The notes: generated by a model not told the origin, from the letters alone. Positions 52,072-62,141 are shown, counted from the first letter of the stretch. The stretch is DNA of 64,000 nucleotides from Ferruginibacter sp. (GCA_043729825.1 JAYTLA010000042.1:482-64481), one strand, 5' to 3'. A program made the numbers and translations.

Positions 52072-54962
52072 ATGCTTTGTTCGTTTTGTAAAGTAAGTGT
52101 AACAGTTGTTCCTATTCCATTATCGCCATGTGTGGTTTCTACATTTACATTGTATAATTCGGCCCGTCTTTGTTGTAAAGTATTACCATGGCTTTGGTGA
52201 TTAGGGTTATTAATTTTATTAAGTGCCATAGCACTTTCTATGCCCACACCATTATCTGTAATGCTGCAAAAAATTTTACCATTATTTCTTGTTGTTTCAA
52301 TAATTACTTTGCCTTCTTCTCCTGGCAAGTGCCTTATACCGTGCTTTACAGCATTTTCTAAATATGGTTGTAACAGCATTGGCGGCACCAGTGTTTTAGA
52401 AATATCGATACTTGTATCTGTATTTATTTTATAATTCAATTTTTCACCAAGTCTTAGTTTTTCCAACTCTAAATAATTTTTACTATAGGCCAACTCTTCT
52501 TCCAATGGTATTTTTTGCAAGCCAGAAAAATCTAAAGTTTTGCGAAGCAAGTATGAAAATTTATCTAAGTAAATATCTGTTTCTATAAATCGTTTTTGAT
52601 GGTTCAAAAACTTTATTGAATTAAGGCAATTAAATACGAAGTGAGGATTTATTTGGGCTTTTAACGCACGTAATTCTAGCTCAGATAATTTTTTTTCCGT
52701 TAATAATGTTTGTACACTCAATTCTCTATTTATTCTATTTTGCCTTTGTGCAAAATAAAAAATTAAGCCACCAAGTGCCAGAGCAACTATCAGCCAAAAC
52801 CACCAAGTTTTCCAAAAAGCAATATTTATTTTAAAAATAATGCTTGCCATTTTTTCGGAAGGATTGCCATCTCTTTTTAAAGCCCGTATTTGTATTGTGT
52901 AAGCACCAGACGCCAATTGTTGAAGTGCAATATTTTCTATACTAGTGGCATTCCACGATCCGTTGTTTATTTTGTACTCATATATTCTTTCAGATGTAGA
53001 GCCCAAGTCGGCAGAAGAAAAAGTGATAGCAATATTGTTTTGAGAGGGGCGCAGGTCGTAATAATTTTGCAAAGATGTATCTGCATTATTTATTTTTATA
53101 CCAGTAATAATAACTGGAATATCGGGCACATTAAAACTAAGCTTAGCTGGCAAAATACTTATACCTGCATTTGTAGCTACATATATAGTATCATTTCGTT
53201 CTGCAATATCATTTATTTGTTTTCCTGCTATTCCATCTGCAGTGGTGAATACAGAAATTTTATAATCGAATTCATTATTTTTAATTGCATAGTTTATTCT
53301 TGCAAGTACCAAATTTGTACCCACCCATACCGTTCCTTTTTGTTTACTATACAAAGTTCTACATTCATTACCCGGCAACTTTATCCCAAGTGGAATAATA
53401 GCAATAGGTTTATCGTTTTGCAATGCTACCAAAGAATCGGTAGCAAGCCCAGTCCATAAAACATTATCTTCTTTATTAAATGCAAGAGCGTTTACCCTAT
53501 TGGTGCAAATAAGAAATTGCTCTCCCAAATTAATAATTTTTTTATAATGTTCCCATTTATACAAACCAGTATTAGAGCCAATATAAATATTGTCTTGCGG
53601 TGCAGCTTCTAAAGTAGTTACCCTCACTCTAGCAGAATCGACATACTTTGAATTATAATAATTTATTTTTTTTACCCCTGCGCTATTTCCTGTAACAATA
53701 CTGCCATCATTTAAATAAACAAAGCCTTTGCTAGCATAGTTTTTTGCAATATTAAAAACAGGAAAGGCTTTTAGGTTGGCATCAAATTTATACAGCCCTC
53801 CTTCGGCGCCAACAAATAAATTATTATCGCCTACATCTACTTGTCTTATCCAACTCGAATAATTTTTTTCTTTAGTTATAGTAGCTATTTTATAATCGTA
53901 GGTTTTATTATACACATACACTTGCCCATCGTTTGTGCCTGCTACCAATTTATTATTCCAAAAACATATGGTATTAAAATTTCGTTGATACGCTTCGTCA
54001 CTTATCGTTAATATTCCTTTTTGCTGGTAGCGTATTATTCCATTTTCTCTTGTACAAATCCAAGTATTGCCCGTTTTATCTTCGTATATAAATCTTACTA
54101 AGGCATTAAAAGAAAATCCTTTTTCGCTAAAAGCTAAACTAGCCGTGTCTGCAAAATAAATATTGCCACTGCTAGATGATATGGCTAATTGTTTTCCTGT
54201 AAAATTTAATCCTGAAATTTTAAAGGGCAAATTTATATTTTTTACATACACAATATCTCCATTAGATAACACACTAATTTTATATAACGATGTAGAATCT
54301 ACAATGTATAGTTGATTATTTACAAAAGCTGTTCTTCTTATTTGCTTATTGAGCAATGTTGTATTTATTACTTTTCCTTTAAAAAACGTTCGTAACGAAT
54401 CGTTAGATACTGCAAAATATTTTTCATCTTCGTAAGAAATAATGCGTAATGCAGACATAACTATTTTACTGCTCAAAATTTTAAATTCACTGCAAACTTT
54501 ATTTTTATACACATAAAAAGTACCATCATTATTACAAAAAGCCATACCGCCAGTATTTATTGCATTGGAGTTGGTTACGCCACCTAAAATAATTTTTTTT
54601 AACTCTGCGTCTTTGCTACTATTTATAAATTTATCTTTTTGTTCATCGTAATATGCTGGCGTTCGCTGAAAAGGCAATACCCAAATTACACCATTGTTAT
54701 CCATTTGTACATTCAAAATATCATTATCCGGTAAGCCTTGTGTGGTAGTATAATTCTTAAACGTTTTTCCATCAAATCGAGAAACACCATTTTCGGTAGC
54801 AATCCATAAAAATCCCTTTTTATCTTCTACACAATTGTACGTATCGTTGCTGCTAAGTCCATCTCTTATGCTGTAATATGTATATGCTGGTTGCTGTGCA
54901 CATACATTAAGTGTACACAAAAGCATATTGCAAATTAATATGGCTCTAAAAGTTTTGGTCAT
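52068..54962 (-). CDS. LytS-type sensor kinase with periplasmic beta-propeller and Y_Y_Y domain
   Basis: GFLWIATENGVSRFDG repeats, TM, LKAQINPHF, QPYLENAVKHG, DNGVG. Confidence 0.93.
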   Translation of the reverse strand: MTKTFRAILICNMLLCTLNVCAQQPAYTYYSIRDGLSSNDTYNCVEDKKGFLWIATENGVSRFDGKTFKNYTTTQGLPDNDILNVQMDNNGVIWVLPFQRTPAYYDEQKDKFINSSKDAELKKIILGGVTNSNAINTGGMAFCNNDGTFYVYKNKVCSEFKILSSKIVMSALRIISYEDEKYFAVSNDSLRTFFKGKVINTTLLNKQIRRTAFVNNQLYIVDSTSLYKISVLSNGDIVYVKNINLPFKISGLNFTGKQLAISSSSGNIYFADTASLAFSEKGFSFNALVRFIYEDKTGNTWICTRENGIIRYQQKGILTISDEAYQRNFNTICFWNNKLVAGTNDGQVYVYNKTYDYKIATITKEKNYSSWIRQVDVGDNNLFVGAEGGLYKFDANLKAFPVFNIAKNYASKGFVYLNDGSIVTGNSAGVKKINYYNSKYVDSARVRVTTLEAAPQDNIYIGSNTGLYKWEHYKKIINLGEQFLICTNRVNALAFNKEDNVLWTGLATDSLVALQNDKPIAIIPLGIKLPGNECRTLYSKQKGTVWVGTNLVLARINYAIKNNEFDYKISVFTTADGIAGKQINDIAERNDTIYVATNAGISILPAKLSFNVPDIPVIITGIKINNADTSLQNYYDLRPSQNNIAITFSSADLGSTSERIYEYKINNGSWNATSIENIALQQLASGAYTIQIRALKRDGNPSEKMASIIFKINIAFWKTWWFWLIVALALGGLIFYFAQRQNRINRELSVQTLLTEKKLSELELRALKAQINPHFVFNCLNSIKFLNHQKRFIETDIYLDKFSYLLRKTLDFSGLQKIPLEEELAYSKNYLELEKLRLGEKLNYKINTDTSIDISKTLVPPMLLQPYLENAVKHGIRHLPGEEGKVIIETTRNNGKIFCSITDNGVGIESAMALNKINNPNHQSHGNTLQQRRAELYNVNVETTHGDNGIGTTVTLTLQNEQSI

Positions 54963-55185
54963 TTAGTTGTATGAATATAATATAAATTATTTTAATGCAA
55001 ACTATATTTGATTTATAACAAAGAAAATTGTATAAAAAATGCCGCTCCATTTACGAAGCGACATTTTAAAACCCCCTACTATTTTTAAAATAAATTGCTA
55101 TATTTTATTATCAAATTTTAATTTAGATACAATCCGATTTATTTAATTATATTACAAAAATATATACTTTGTTTTATTGTACCTA

Positions 55186-55242
55186 TGTGGCAATTACTGA
55201 ATTAATTGCCACAACTACCTAAAAAAAATGGGTATTACTACC
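55186..55242. promoter_or_regulatory. Palindromic operator-like sites in the divergent promoter region
   Basis: TGTGGCAATTA-N6-TAATTGCCACA (55186-55213); GGTA-TTAC-TACC (55231-55242). Confidence 0.5.
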
Positions 55243-55304
55243 TGTACTTTTTTATACCAAAATAATTTAATATTGATTTTTATTTTTAACCTAAACTAAC
55301 AATT

Positions 55305-55817
55305 ATGAAAAAGAATTTTTTCTCTCCAAAATTTGTGTTGGCCATTGTTGCCATTTTTGTTGTAATGATTTTTTCAAAATGTACTAATGCATTATCGGAA
55401 ACTAATTGCGATGGCTACACTGGTAAAGTAGAAAACAAGCAAGCACTGGCATTGCAAGCCAAATGTCATTTTATGCCAAAAGATACAATAGCAGTATGGA
55501 CAGAACGATATCAAAAAAACAAACCAACTATTGGAACAACTTTACCAAATGTAAATAGCATATTGGGGGATTCGTGTTCGTTTAACAACGGTATTGTGAG
55601 GGCTATTATTACCAACGATAGTTGCATTGGACTTCGTGTAATTTATGGTATGGACGAAAATAATAAAGTGCATATAATATTGGTAGGTATAAACCCCGAG
55701 TATGAAACATTGTACATTAAAAACCCAGAAAACTGTGTCGAAGAAAAAAATATGGCAGCAAAAGATGGAAGTGGTGGAAGTGGAACAGGTGGTGCGGAAT
55801 ATGGTATGGAACCATAA
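55305..55817 (+). CDS. Hypothetical lipoprotein-like protein, paralog 1
   Basis: Hydrophobic leader ending IFSKC; CIGLRVIYGMD...VHIILVGI; ends GGAEYGMEP. Confidence 0.8.
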   Translation: MKKNFFSPKFVLAIVAIFVVMIFSKCTNALSETNCDGYTGKVENKQALALQAKCHFMPKDTIAVWTERYQKNKPTIGTTLPNVNSILGDSCSFNNGIVRAIITNDSCIGLRVIYGMDENNKVHIILVGINPEYETLYIKNPENCVEEKNMAAKDGSGGSGTGGAEYGMEP

Positions 55818-55842
55818 TTTTTAAAAAATATTATAACCAAGT

Positions 55843-56487
55843 ATGAATAAGGTGATAGAGAATATTTTAAGCTTAATGTGTTTTTTACCAGCATGCTTAG
55901 GCATTTTTAAATATAAAAGGATTGAAAAAAAACTTCATCCTTTTATATTTATGATGATTTTAGATTTCTTAATTGAATTCACGTTTAATTCAGTTTTGAA
56001 ATTTTCGGTAACAAGATATTTTAATCAGCTAATTGTTAATTTATACATGTTGCTAAATTTTTCCATATTTCTATATTTAGTTTTCATAAATGGTTTTATT
56101 AGTAAAAAATTAATGCTAATATTTATTAGTATTAGTGTCCCAATTGCTGTGTTTAATGCTATTTATAATGGAACTATATTAACCACTTTTTTTTATTTAC
56201 TTAGTTTTGTAAGCACTGTTATGCTTTTCATTTCCATCGATATTTTAAGTAAACAAATACTTGTAATAAATAAAAGAATGACTGATAACTGTTGGTTTTG
56301 GATAAGTAGTTTTTCAATACTATACAATGGATTTACATTATTAATATTTGGATTGTACTTTTTTTCCCTATTTAATACGCCAGATGGAAGAACGACATTT
56401 ATTATTCATCATTTTGTAAATGCAACATGTTATGTATTTTTTGCAATTGGCATATTTAAAATACCAGAGAAAATAAGCACTTTATGA
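55843..56487 (+). CDS. Hypothetical polytopic membrane protein (about 7 TM)
   Basis: 214 aa, mostly hydrophobic; WFWISS motif. Confidence 0.78.
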   Translation: MNKVIENILSLMCFLPACLGIFKYKRIEKKLHPFIFMMILDFLIEFTFNSVLKFSVTRYFNQLIVNLYMLLNFSIFLYLVFINGFISKKLMLIFISISVPIAVFNAIYNGTILTTFFYLLSFVSTVMLFISIDILSKQILVINKRMTDNCWFWISSFSILYNGFTLLIFGLYFFSLFNTPDGRTTFIIHHFVNATCYVFFAIGIFKIPEKISTL

Positions 56488-56664
56488 ATATAAATTAAAT
56501 AGCAAGAAAATTTAGATTGCTAAAAAGCACCATAATAAAAATTGCAGGTTTTATTCTTATTAACTTGTAATCATTAATTTAGTTTGAAAAAAATATTTTT
56601 TTATGGTTTTAATACATATATTTGTCAAACATATATTTTTTTAATCAAATAAATTTTAAACATT

Positions 56665-57216
56665 ATGAAGCATCCATTAAAAAGTAACTATGCGTTATTC
56701 TCTTTTATTACTATTGCATTTTTGACAGTCTTAATTTTTAGCAAATGTGCTAAAGATGACAATACTACTAAAGTTAATAATGTAACTCAAAACTTAAGTG
56801 AAGGTTATAAGGGTATTATAACTAACCCAAATGCAGAACGTTTAAACAATAAAAATCATTTTATGAGTGCTGACTCTATTGAAAGTTGGGCTGCTAGATT
56901 TATTGCAAATAAAGCTTTACTTAATACAAGTAAACTTTTAAGCACAACTGATATTATGAGTAATACATCCTCTTTTAACAGTAGATTAATTAGAACAATT
57001 ATTAACAACGAAAACTGTATTGGATTACGAATCATAAATGGAATGAGTGCAGACATGAAAATACATGTAATGTTTGTAGGAATTAAGCCGGATTATAGTA
57101 TTTTATATGTTGAAGATCCAACAAGCATTTCAAATAATAGTAATACTCTAGCTCGAGATACAATACGTAGGACTACTGGCATTTTAGGTGGAGGAGAGTT
57201 TGGTAATAACCCATAG
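56665..57216 (+). CDS. Hypothetical lipoprotein-like protein, paralog 2
   Basis: IFSKC; CIGLRIINGMS...IHVMFVGI; ends GGGEFGNNP. Confidence 0.8.
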   Translation: MKHPLKSNYALFSFITIAFLTVLIFSKCAKDDNTTKVNNVTQNLSEGYKGIITNPNAERLNNKNHFMSADSIESWAARFIANKALLNTSKLLSTTDIMSNTSSFNSRLIRTIINNENCIGLRIINGMSADMKIHVMFVGIKPDYSILYVEDPTSISNNSNTLARDTIRRTTGILGGGEFGNNP

Positions 57217-57265
57217 TTCTATGTTTAATAATAATTGTATAATAGTATAAACTTATGCTATTATA

Positions 57266-57300
57266 AATAAAAAGGATAGCTCATACTATCCTTTTTATTT
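57266..57300 (+). terminator. Intrinsic terminator
   Basis: AATAAAAAGGATAG-CTCATA-CTATCCTTTTTATT. Confidence 0.75.
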
Positions 57301-57410
57301 TATTACTTGATGGAAGTATCTTAGTAAAAATTTTATATTTAACAATTTTGAAATTACAAGTGCTGAAATCTAAAAAAAATTGATAAAATATATCCTTAAA
57401 ATAATTTGTT

Positions 57411-58133
57411 ATGTTTAATATAGTTTTTTCGGCATCAATTATTATTGGTATCGTTATCATTTTTTTTATTTACTCCATTATTAAACAACAACGAAAAGTT
57501 TTAAAATGGCAACAAGCCCGTATTGCCGCCGAAATAAATACTTTAGAAGCCGAACGAAAACGAATAGCAGGAGATTTGCACGACGAACTTGGCCCAATGC
57601 TATCTGCCATAAAACTACAAATAAATCATCTTGAACCTGAAGATGAAACTGAAAATGCGGTACTCGAAAAATCATCGAAACAAATAGATGGCATTATACA
57701 ACGCTTTAGAGAAATATCTTACGATCTCTTACCCAACACACTCGTACGAAAAGGATTTATAAATGCCACGCATGAGTATATTAGTAAATTAAAAATATTA
57801 CACCCTTTAGTAATAGATTTTAATACTTGCGATTTTTCTTTGAAGCCAGAGCAAGAAGTAAACTTATACAGGGTAGTACAAGAAATAATGCAGAATACCA
57901 TTAAGCATGCAAGAGCTACAGTTTTAAAGATAAATATTATTACAAAAGACAAATCGATATTTTTACAAACAAAAGATGATGGTATAGGTTTTAATTACAG
58001 TGAAAAATCTTTAGAAGCAAAAGGTGTAGGTTTATTGAGTTTGCAAAGCAGGGCACAGCTTTTGGGCGGGCAACTTGTAGTGCACACTCAGCCAGGCAGC
58101 GGCACAACTTTCGAAATAGAAATACCACTTTAG
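57411..58133 (+). CDS. HisKA_3 histidine kinase, one TM, no sensor domain
   Basis: ERKRIAGDLHDELG, YRVVQEIMQNTIKHA, DDGIGF, GVGL. Confidence 0.93.
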   Translation: MFNIVFSASIIIGIVIIFFIYSIIKQQRKVLKWQQARIAAEINTLEAERKRIAGDLHDELGPMLSAIKLQINHLEPEDETENAVLEKSSKQIDGIIQRFREISYDLLPNTLVRKGFINATHEYISKLKILHPLVIDFNTCDFSLKPEQEVNLYRVVQEIMQNTIKHARATVLKINIITKDKSIFLQTKDDGIGFNYSEKSLEAKGVGLLSLQSRAQLLGGQLVVHTQPGSGTTFEIEIPL

Positions 58134-58135
58134 AT

Positions 58136-58801
58136 ATGGAAGCAATAAACGGAAACATTAGATTATTGATGGCAGATGATCATGAAATCTTTAGAGATGG
58201 CTTTAGGTTAATGATCTCAAAGTTTAAAGATATAACTTTAGTAGGCGAAGCCGAAAATGGTTTGCAATTGGTAGAGCTTGCCAAAAAATTAGATCCAGAT
58301 GTAATTATAACAGATATAAAAATGCCTGTGATGGATGGCATAGAAGCTACACAAAAAATTGCAGAGATAATGCCACACATAGGTATTATTGGTTTATCTA
58401 TGTTCGATGAAAACGATCTCATCATAGATATGCTAGAAGCAGGTGCACAAGGATTTTTGATAAAAAATGCAGGCAAGTTAGAAATAACAGAAGCCATACG
58501 CAGCGTGTATAACAACGAACCATATTATTGCAAAACCACCAATCATAAGCTGGCTACCATGATTGCCAAAAGCCGTTTTAACCCCTACAAAAAAATAGAT
58601 AAAATAGAATTTACCGAAAGAGAAAAAGAAGTGATTTATCTTATTTGCAAAGAAAATACCAACAAAGAAATAGCCGATAAACTTGCCTTAAGCCCACGAA
58701 CAGTAGAAGGCTGCCGCCTAAAAGTATTAGAAAAAATGAATGTAAAAAATACAGTTGGGTTAGTGGTGTATGCTATGAAGAATGGGTTTTATGTGGGGTG
58801 A
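58136..58801 (+). CDS. NarL/LuxR-family response regulator
   Basis: ADDHEIFRDG, DIKMP; HTH FTEREKEV...NKEIADKLALSPRTVE. Confidence 0.95.
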   Translation: MEAINGNIRLLMADDHEIFRDGFRLMISKFKDITLVGEAENGLQLVELAKKLDPDVIITDIKMPVMDGIEATQKIAEIMPHIGIIGLSMFDENDLIIDMLEAGAQGFLIKNAGKLEITEAIRSVYNNEPYYCKTTNHKLATMIAKSRFNPYKKIDKIEFTEREKEVIYLICKENTNKEIADKLALSPRTVEGCRLKVLEKMNVKNTVGLVVYAMKNGFYVG

Positions 58802-58840
58802 GCGGTATATTATAACCTTGTAAATGTCAAATGGCATTTG
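58780..58840 (+). repeat. Left copy of direct repeat flanking the TA islet
   Basis: GAATGGGTTTTATGTGGGGTGA then ACCTTGTAAATGTCAAATGGCATTTG. Confidence 0.8.
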
Positions 58841-58879
58841 GGATTTACAGGTTGGAAATTTTACTTCTTTTTACTTTTA

Positions 58880-59178
58880 ATCAACCTTTTAAAATTGTTC
58901 AACTGGATTTTTCGTTTTCTCCCATCATCTACTTCCATATCAAGTAGGGTACAATTTGTATCCTACTTGGTGTTTAATTTCAACTGTCGACAAATTGTCG
59001 ACAGTTCAAGCCCATCCTCAGTTTTAACCCTAGTTTTCATTTTAAACCAATAATCTCTTGGATTAATACTGTCTGTTAAAACAAAAATCACATCAATAAC
59101 AGAAAAATACCACTTACATTCCTCCTCAATATAATGAGAAGGTACCGTTTTACTTTCAAATAATTTTTTATTAGCCAT
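58880..59178 (-). pseudogene. Truncated Bro-N / phage-antirepressor-like gene
   Basis: KWYFSVIDVI, PRDYWFKMK, ELSTICRQLKL then stop; a further fragment DTNCTLLDMEVDDGRKR follows. Confidence 0.7.
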
Positions 59179-59394
59179 AAAATGAAGGTAAGTATAATTG
59201 CTAAAAATATCTTTTACACTTTCAATATAACTAGCTACCTATTTTCTGTAAGTTGGTAGATACATTTAAAAAGGCACCTAGTTATAAAATAAAATTAGTC
59301 TAAGATAACCCATAATAGCTGATTTAAAAGAAATTAAAAATATACGCCTACTATTATATTTTTATACGTATATTTGAAATGTAAATATTTTATT

Positions 59395-59640
59395 ATGACT
59401 GTAAAATTAAATTTAACGATTGACGAAGATGTTGTAAAACGAACCAAACGGTTTGCTAAAAAAACAAATACATCTATCAGTAAAATGGTGCAGGAATATT
59501 TGGATAAAGCTACCCAAACTACAATAGCCAGTAAAAAAAGCTTCGTAGAAAAGTATGCTGGATCTTTAAATGGACAATTGAATGATAAAGAAGTAAAAAG
59601 GCTATTAGACCAAAGGGTAAAAGATAAATATGGCTATTAA
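59395..59640 (+). CDS. DUF6364-like ribbon-helix-helix antitoxin
   Basis: MTVKLNLTIDEDV...SISKMVQEYL; overlaps the PIN gene. Confidence 0.8.
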   Translation: MTVKLNLTIDEDVVKRTKRFAKKTNTSISKMVQEYLDKATQTTIASKKSFVEKYAGSLNGQLNDKEVKRLLDQRVKDKYGY

Positions 59641-60058
59641 ACTTTTCTTGGATACCAATATCATTTTGGATGTATTGGATACTGAGCGCCCATTTTCGAA
59701 AGAAAGTCAAATTTTATTTGGCTTAATTGATACTGGAACTGTATTAGCCTATTTTTCTGAATCTGTTATTACCACAACCGATTATATACTTATAAAAAAG
59801 TTTTCCCGTACACAGCGAATAAATATTATAAACGATTTACTTAAGCTAGTAACAGTAATTGAATGCACAAATAGTATTGTGCAAAATGCAATAATAAAAA
59901 ATGAAACTGATATTGAAGATGCTATTTTATACGAATTGGCAAATAACCAAAAGCTAGATTATTTTATTACTAACGATAAACAAGTTTTAAAAAAATTGGC
60001 TACTAAAAAATTACCTATTGTGGGTACAAAAGAATTTTTAAAGATTGTAAAAGTTTGA
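59630..60058 (+). CDS. PIN-domain (VapC-like) toxin
   Basis: FLDTNIILD, DIEDAI, FITND. Confidence 0.9.
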   Translation: MAIKLFLDTNIILDVLDTERPFSKESQILFGLIDTGTVLAYFSESVITTTDYILIKKFSRTQRINIINDLLKLVTVIECTNSIVQNAIIKNETDIEDAILYELANNQKLDYFITNDKQVLKKLATKKLPIVGTKEFLKIVKV

Positions 60059-60211
60059 AATAATTTTTAATAAAATGCCGCTAGCAATATTTTTGCAGCG
60101 ACATTTTGTTTTGTACACTTCCCCCAAAGGGTAGTTATTTATTTATGCCAAACGAAACAAGATACACGATGTATTTAGTGAATGTTTCGTGGGACACGAA
60201 TCAAGGCGTAG

Positions 60212-60263
60212 GAATGGGTTTTATGTGGGGTGATATTACCTTGTAAATGACAAATGGTATTTG
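60212..60263 (+). repeat. Right copy of direct repeat flanking the TA islet
   Basis: Identical 22-mer GAATGGGTTTTATGTGGGGTGA then ACCTTGTAAATGACAAATGGTATTTG. Confidence 0.8.
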
Positions 60264-60320
60264 CCATTTGCAAGAAGGTATTTTAAACATCTTCAATTTT
60301 ACATACAACCATTTAACAAT

Positions 60321-62141
60321 CTACTTCACCTCCTGCATATCCACCAACTTCTTATAAAAACCATCTTGCACTATCAATCCATTGTGTGTACCACGCTCTA
60401 CAATTTCTCCTTTTTTAAGTACAAGGATTTCGTCAGCATGTTTTATGGTGCTTAGTCTGTGGGCTATTACAACAGAGGTTCTGTTTTCCATTAAATTATT
60501 GATGGCATCTTGTACCAAGCGTTCGCTCTCTGTATCTAAGGATGATGTGGCTTCGTCTAAAATAAGTATTGGTGGGTTTTTTAAAACTGCTCTAGCAATG
60601 GTTAAACGTTGTCTTTCGCCGCCGCTCAATTTGCTTCCTCTGTCGCCAATATTGGTATCATAGCCTTGTTCTTTTTTCTCAATAAACATATGTGCGTTTG
60701 CAATTTTCGCAGCATCTACAATTTCTTCTCTGCAACAATTTTCCATACCAAGCGCAATGTTGTTTGCAATGCTATCATTAAACAAAATAGGCTCTTGTGT
60801 TACTATGCTCATTAGGCTGCGCAACGAATACAAAGAGTAGTCTTTTATGTTTATACCATCCACCAATATTTCTCCGCCACTTGCATCATGAAAACGTGGT
60901 ATCAAATCTGCCAAAGTAGATTTTCCTGCACCACTACTACCCACAAGCGCAATCGTTTTTCCCTTCTCTACTTTAAAATTGATGCTTTTTAAAATGGCTA
61001 CATCATCATAATAGAAACTTACATTTTTAAATTCTATGCTTTCAGTAAAGCTAGTTATTTGTTTTCCATTGGGGTTTTCATCTACAGTTACTGGCGCATT
61101 CAGCACTTGTTGTATTCTTTCTATTGCAGCAGTGCCTCTTTGTAAATTGCTAAACGCACCAGATATACTTTTTGCAGGATCAATAATGTTGAAGAACAAA
61201 GCCATATATGCTAAAAACATGGCACCGTCTAAATGTATGCTCTGGTCATGCCCCAAAACTTTTTGCCCACCATACCAAAGTATAGCTGTAAACATTGTTA
61301 CGCCAAGCACTTCGCTCATTGGGCTTGCAAGGCTTTGTCTGTACCCAATTTTATTATTCATTTTTAACAGAAAAAAACTATTGTCTGAAAATTTCTTTCG
61401 AATAGTTTTCTCCACATTAAAAGCTTTTATTACTCTCAACCCTCCGAGAGTTTCATCTAATATCGAAATGGACTCTCCACTTTTTTGTGCCACAATTCCC
61501 GATGGTCTTTTTAGGGTACGGCCAAGCCTTCCAATAAAAAATCCCATTATAGGAATAAAAAATAAAATGATAATGGTAAGCTCAGCATTAATGGTAAAAA
61601 GTACAATAAGGTTAATAATAATTTGCAAAGGATCTTTTACCCATCCTTCTAATGCGCCAAGTACCGAACCTTCCACTTGTCCTACATCACCTGTCATACG
61701 CTGCATCAAATCTCCTTTTCGCTGCTCTGTAAAATAACCAATAGGCAAACTCAATACTTTATTAAAAATATCTATTCTAAAACGTGTAGATACTTTATTT
61801 TTTACTGGCATTAAAGAACGTGATGCTAAGTATAAAAATAAATTTTTGAGAATAATACTTACAATAATTAATAAACACACCATGGCAAGTGTATGCATTT
61901 GATCCCCATTGTTTACTAATTCTCCAACCCTTTCTTTTAACCAACCAAATGGCGAAAATCCAGTTGCTTTTGCAACTGGAGTAGTTACATTATCTTTATC
62001 GAACAATACTTGCAAAAAAGGAAACAACATACCCAATGAAGCCACCCCAAAAATGATAGATAAAAGCGTACAAATTATATAAGATGCAATAGCGAGTTTA
62101 TAATCCTTTAAATAAGCAAAAACCAGTGAATATTTTCTCAT
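60321..62141 (-). CDS. ABC exporter, fused TMD + NBD (MsbA-like)
   Basis: GSSGAGKST, LSGGERQR, ILDEATSSLD, IAHRLST. Confidence 0.93.
   Translation of the reverse strand: MRKYSLVFAYLKDYKLAIASYIICTLLSIIFGVASLGMLFPFLQVLFDKDNVTTPVAKATGFSPFGWLKERVGELVNNGDQMHTLAMVCLLIIVSIILKNLFLYLASRSLMPVKNKVSTRFRIDIFNKVLSLPIGYFTEQRKGDLMQRMTGDVGQVEGSVLGALEGWVKDPLQIIINLIVLFTINAELTIIILFFIPIMGFFIGRLGRTLKRPSGIVAQKSGESISILDETLGGLRVIKAFNVEKTIRKKFSDNSFFLLKMNNKIGYRQSLASPMSEVLGVTMFTAILWYGGQKVLGHDQSIHLDGAMFLAYMALFFNIIDPAKSISGAFSNLQRGTAAIERIQQVLNAPVTVDENPNGKQITSFTESIEFKNVSFYYDDVAILKSINFKVEKGKTIALVGSSGAGKSTLADLIPRFHDASGGEILVDGINIKDYSLYSLRSLMSIVTQEPILFNDSIANNIALGMENCCREEIVDAAKIANAHMFIEKKEQGYDTNIGDRGSKLSGGERQRLTIARAVLKNPPILILDEATSSLDTESERLVQDAINNLMENRTSVVIAHRLSTIKHADEILVLKKGEIVERGTHNGLIVQDGFYKKLVDMQEVK

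Noticed and set aside
55036-55066. AAAATGCCGCT...AGCGACATTTT hairpin, similar to 60072-60106
   Set aside because: Short similarity consistent with terminator-like hairpins; too little to argue for a mobile-element boundary
55305-57216. Classical double-glycine bacteriocin or RiPP cluster
   Set aside because: The GG is C-terminal on 170-183-aa proteins, no modifying enzyme is present, and the ABC exporter at 60.3 kb has no C39 peptidase domain
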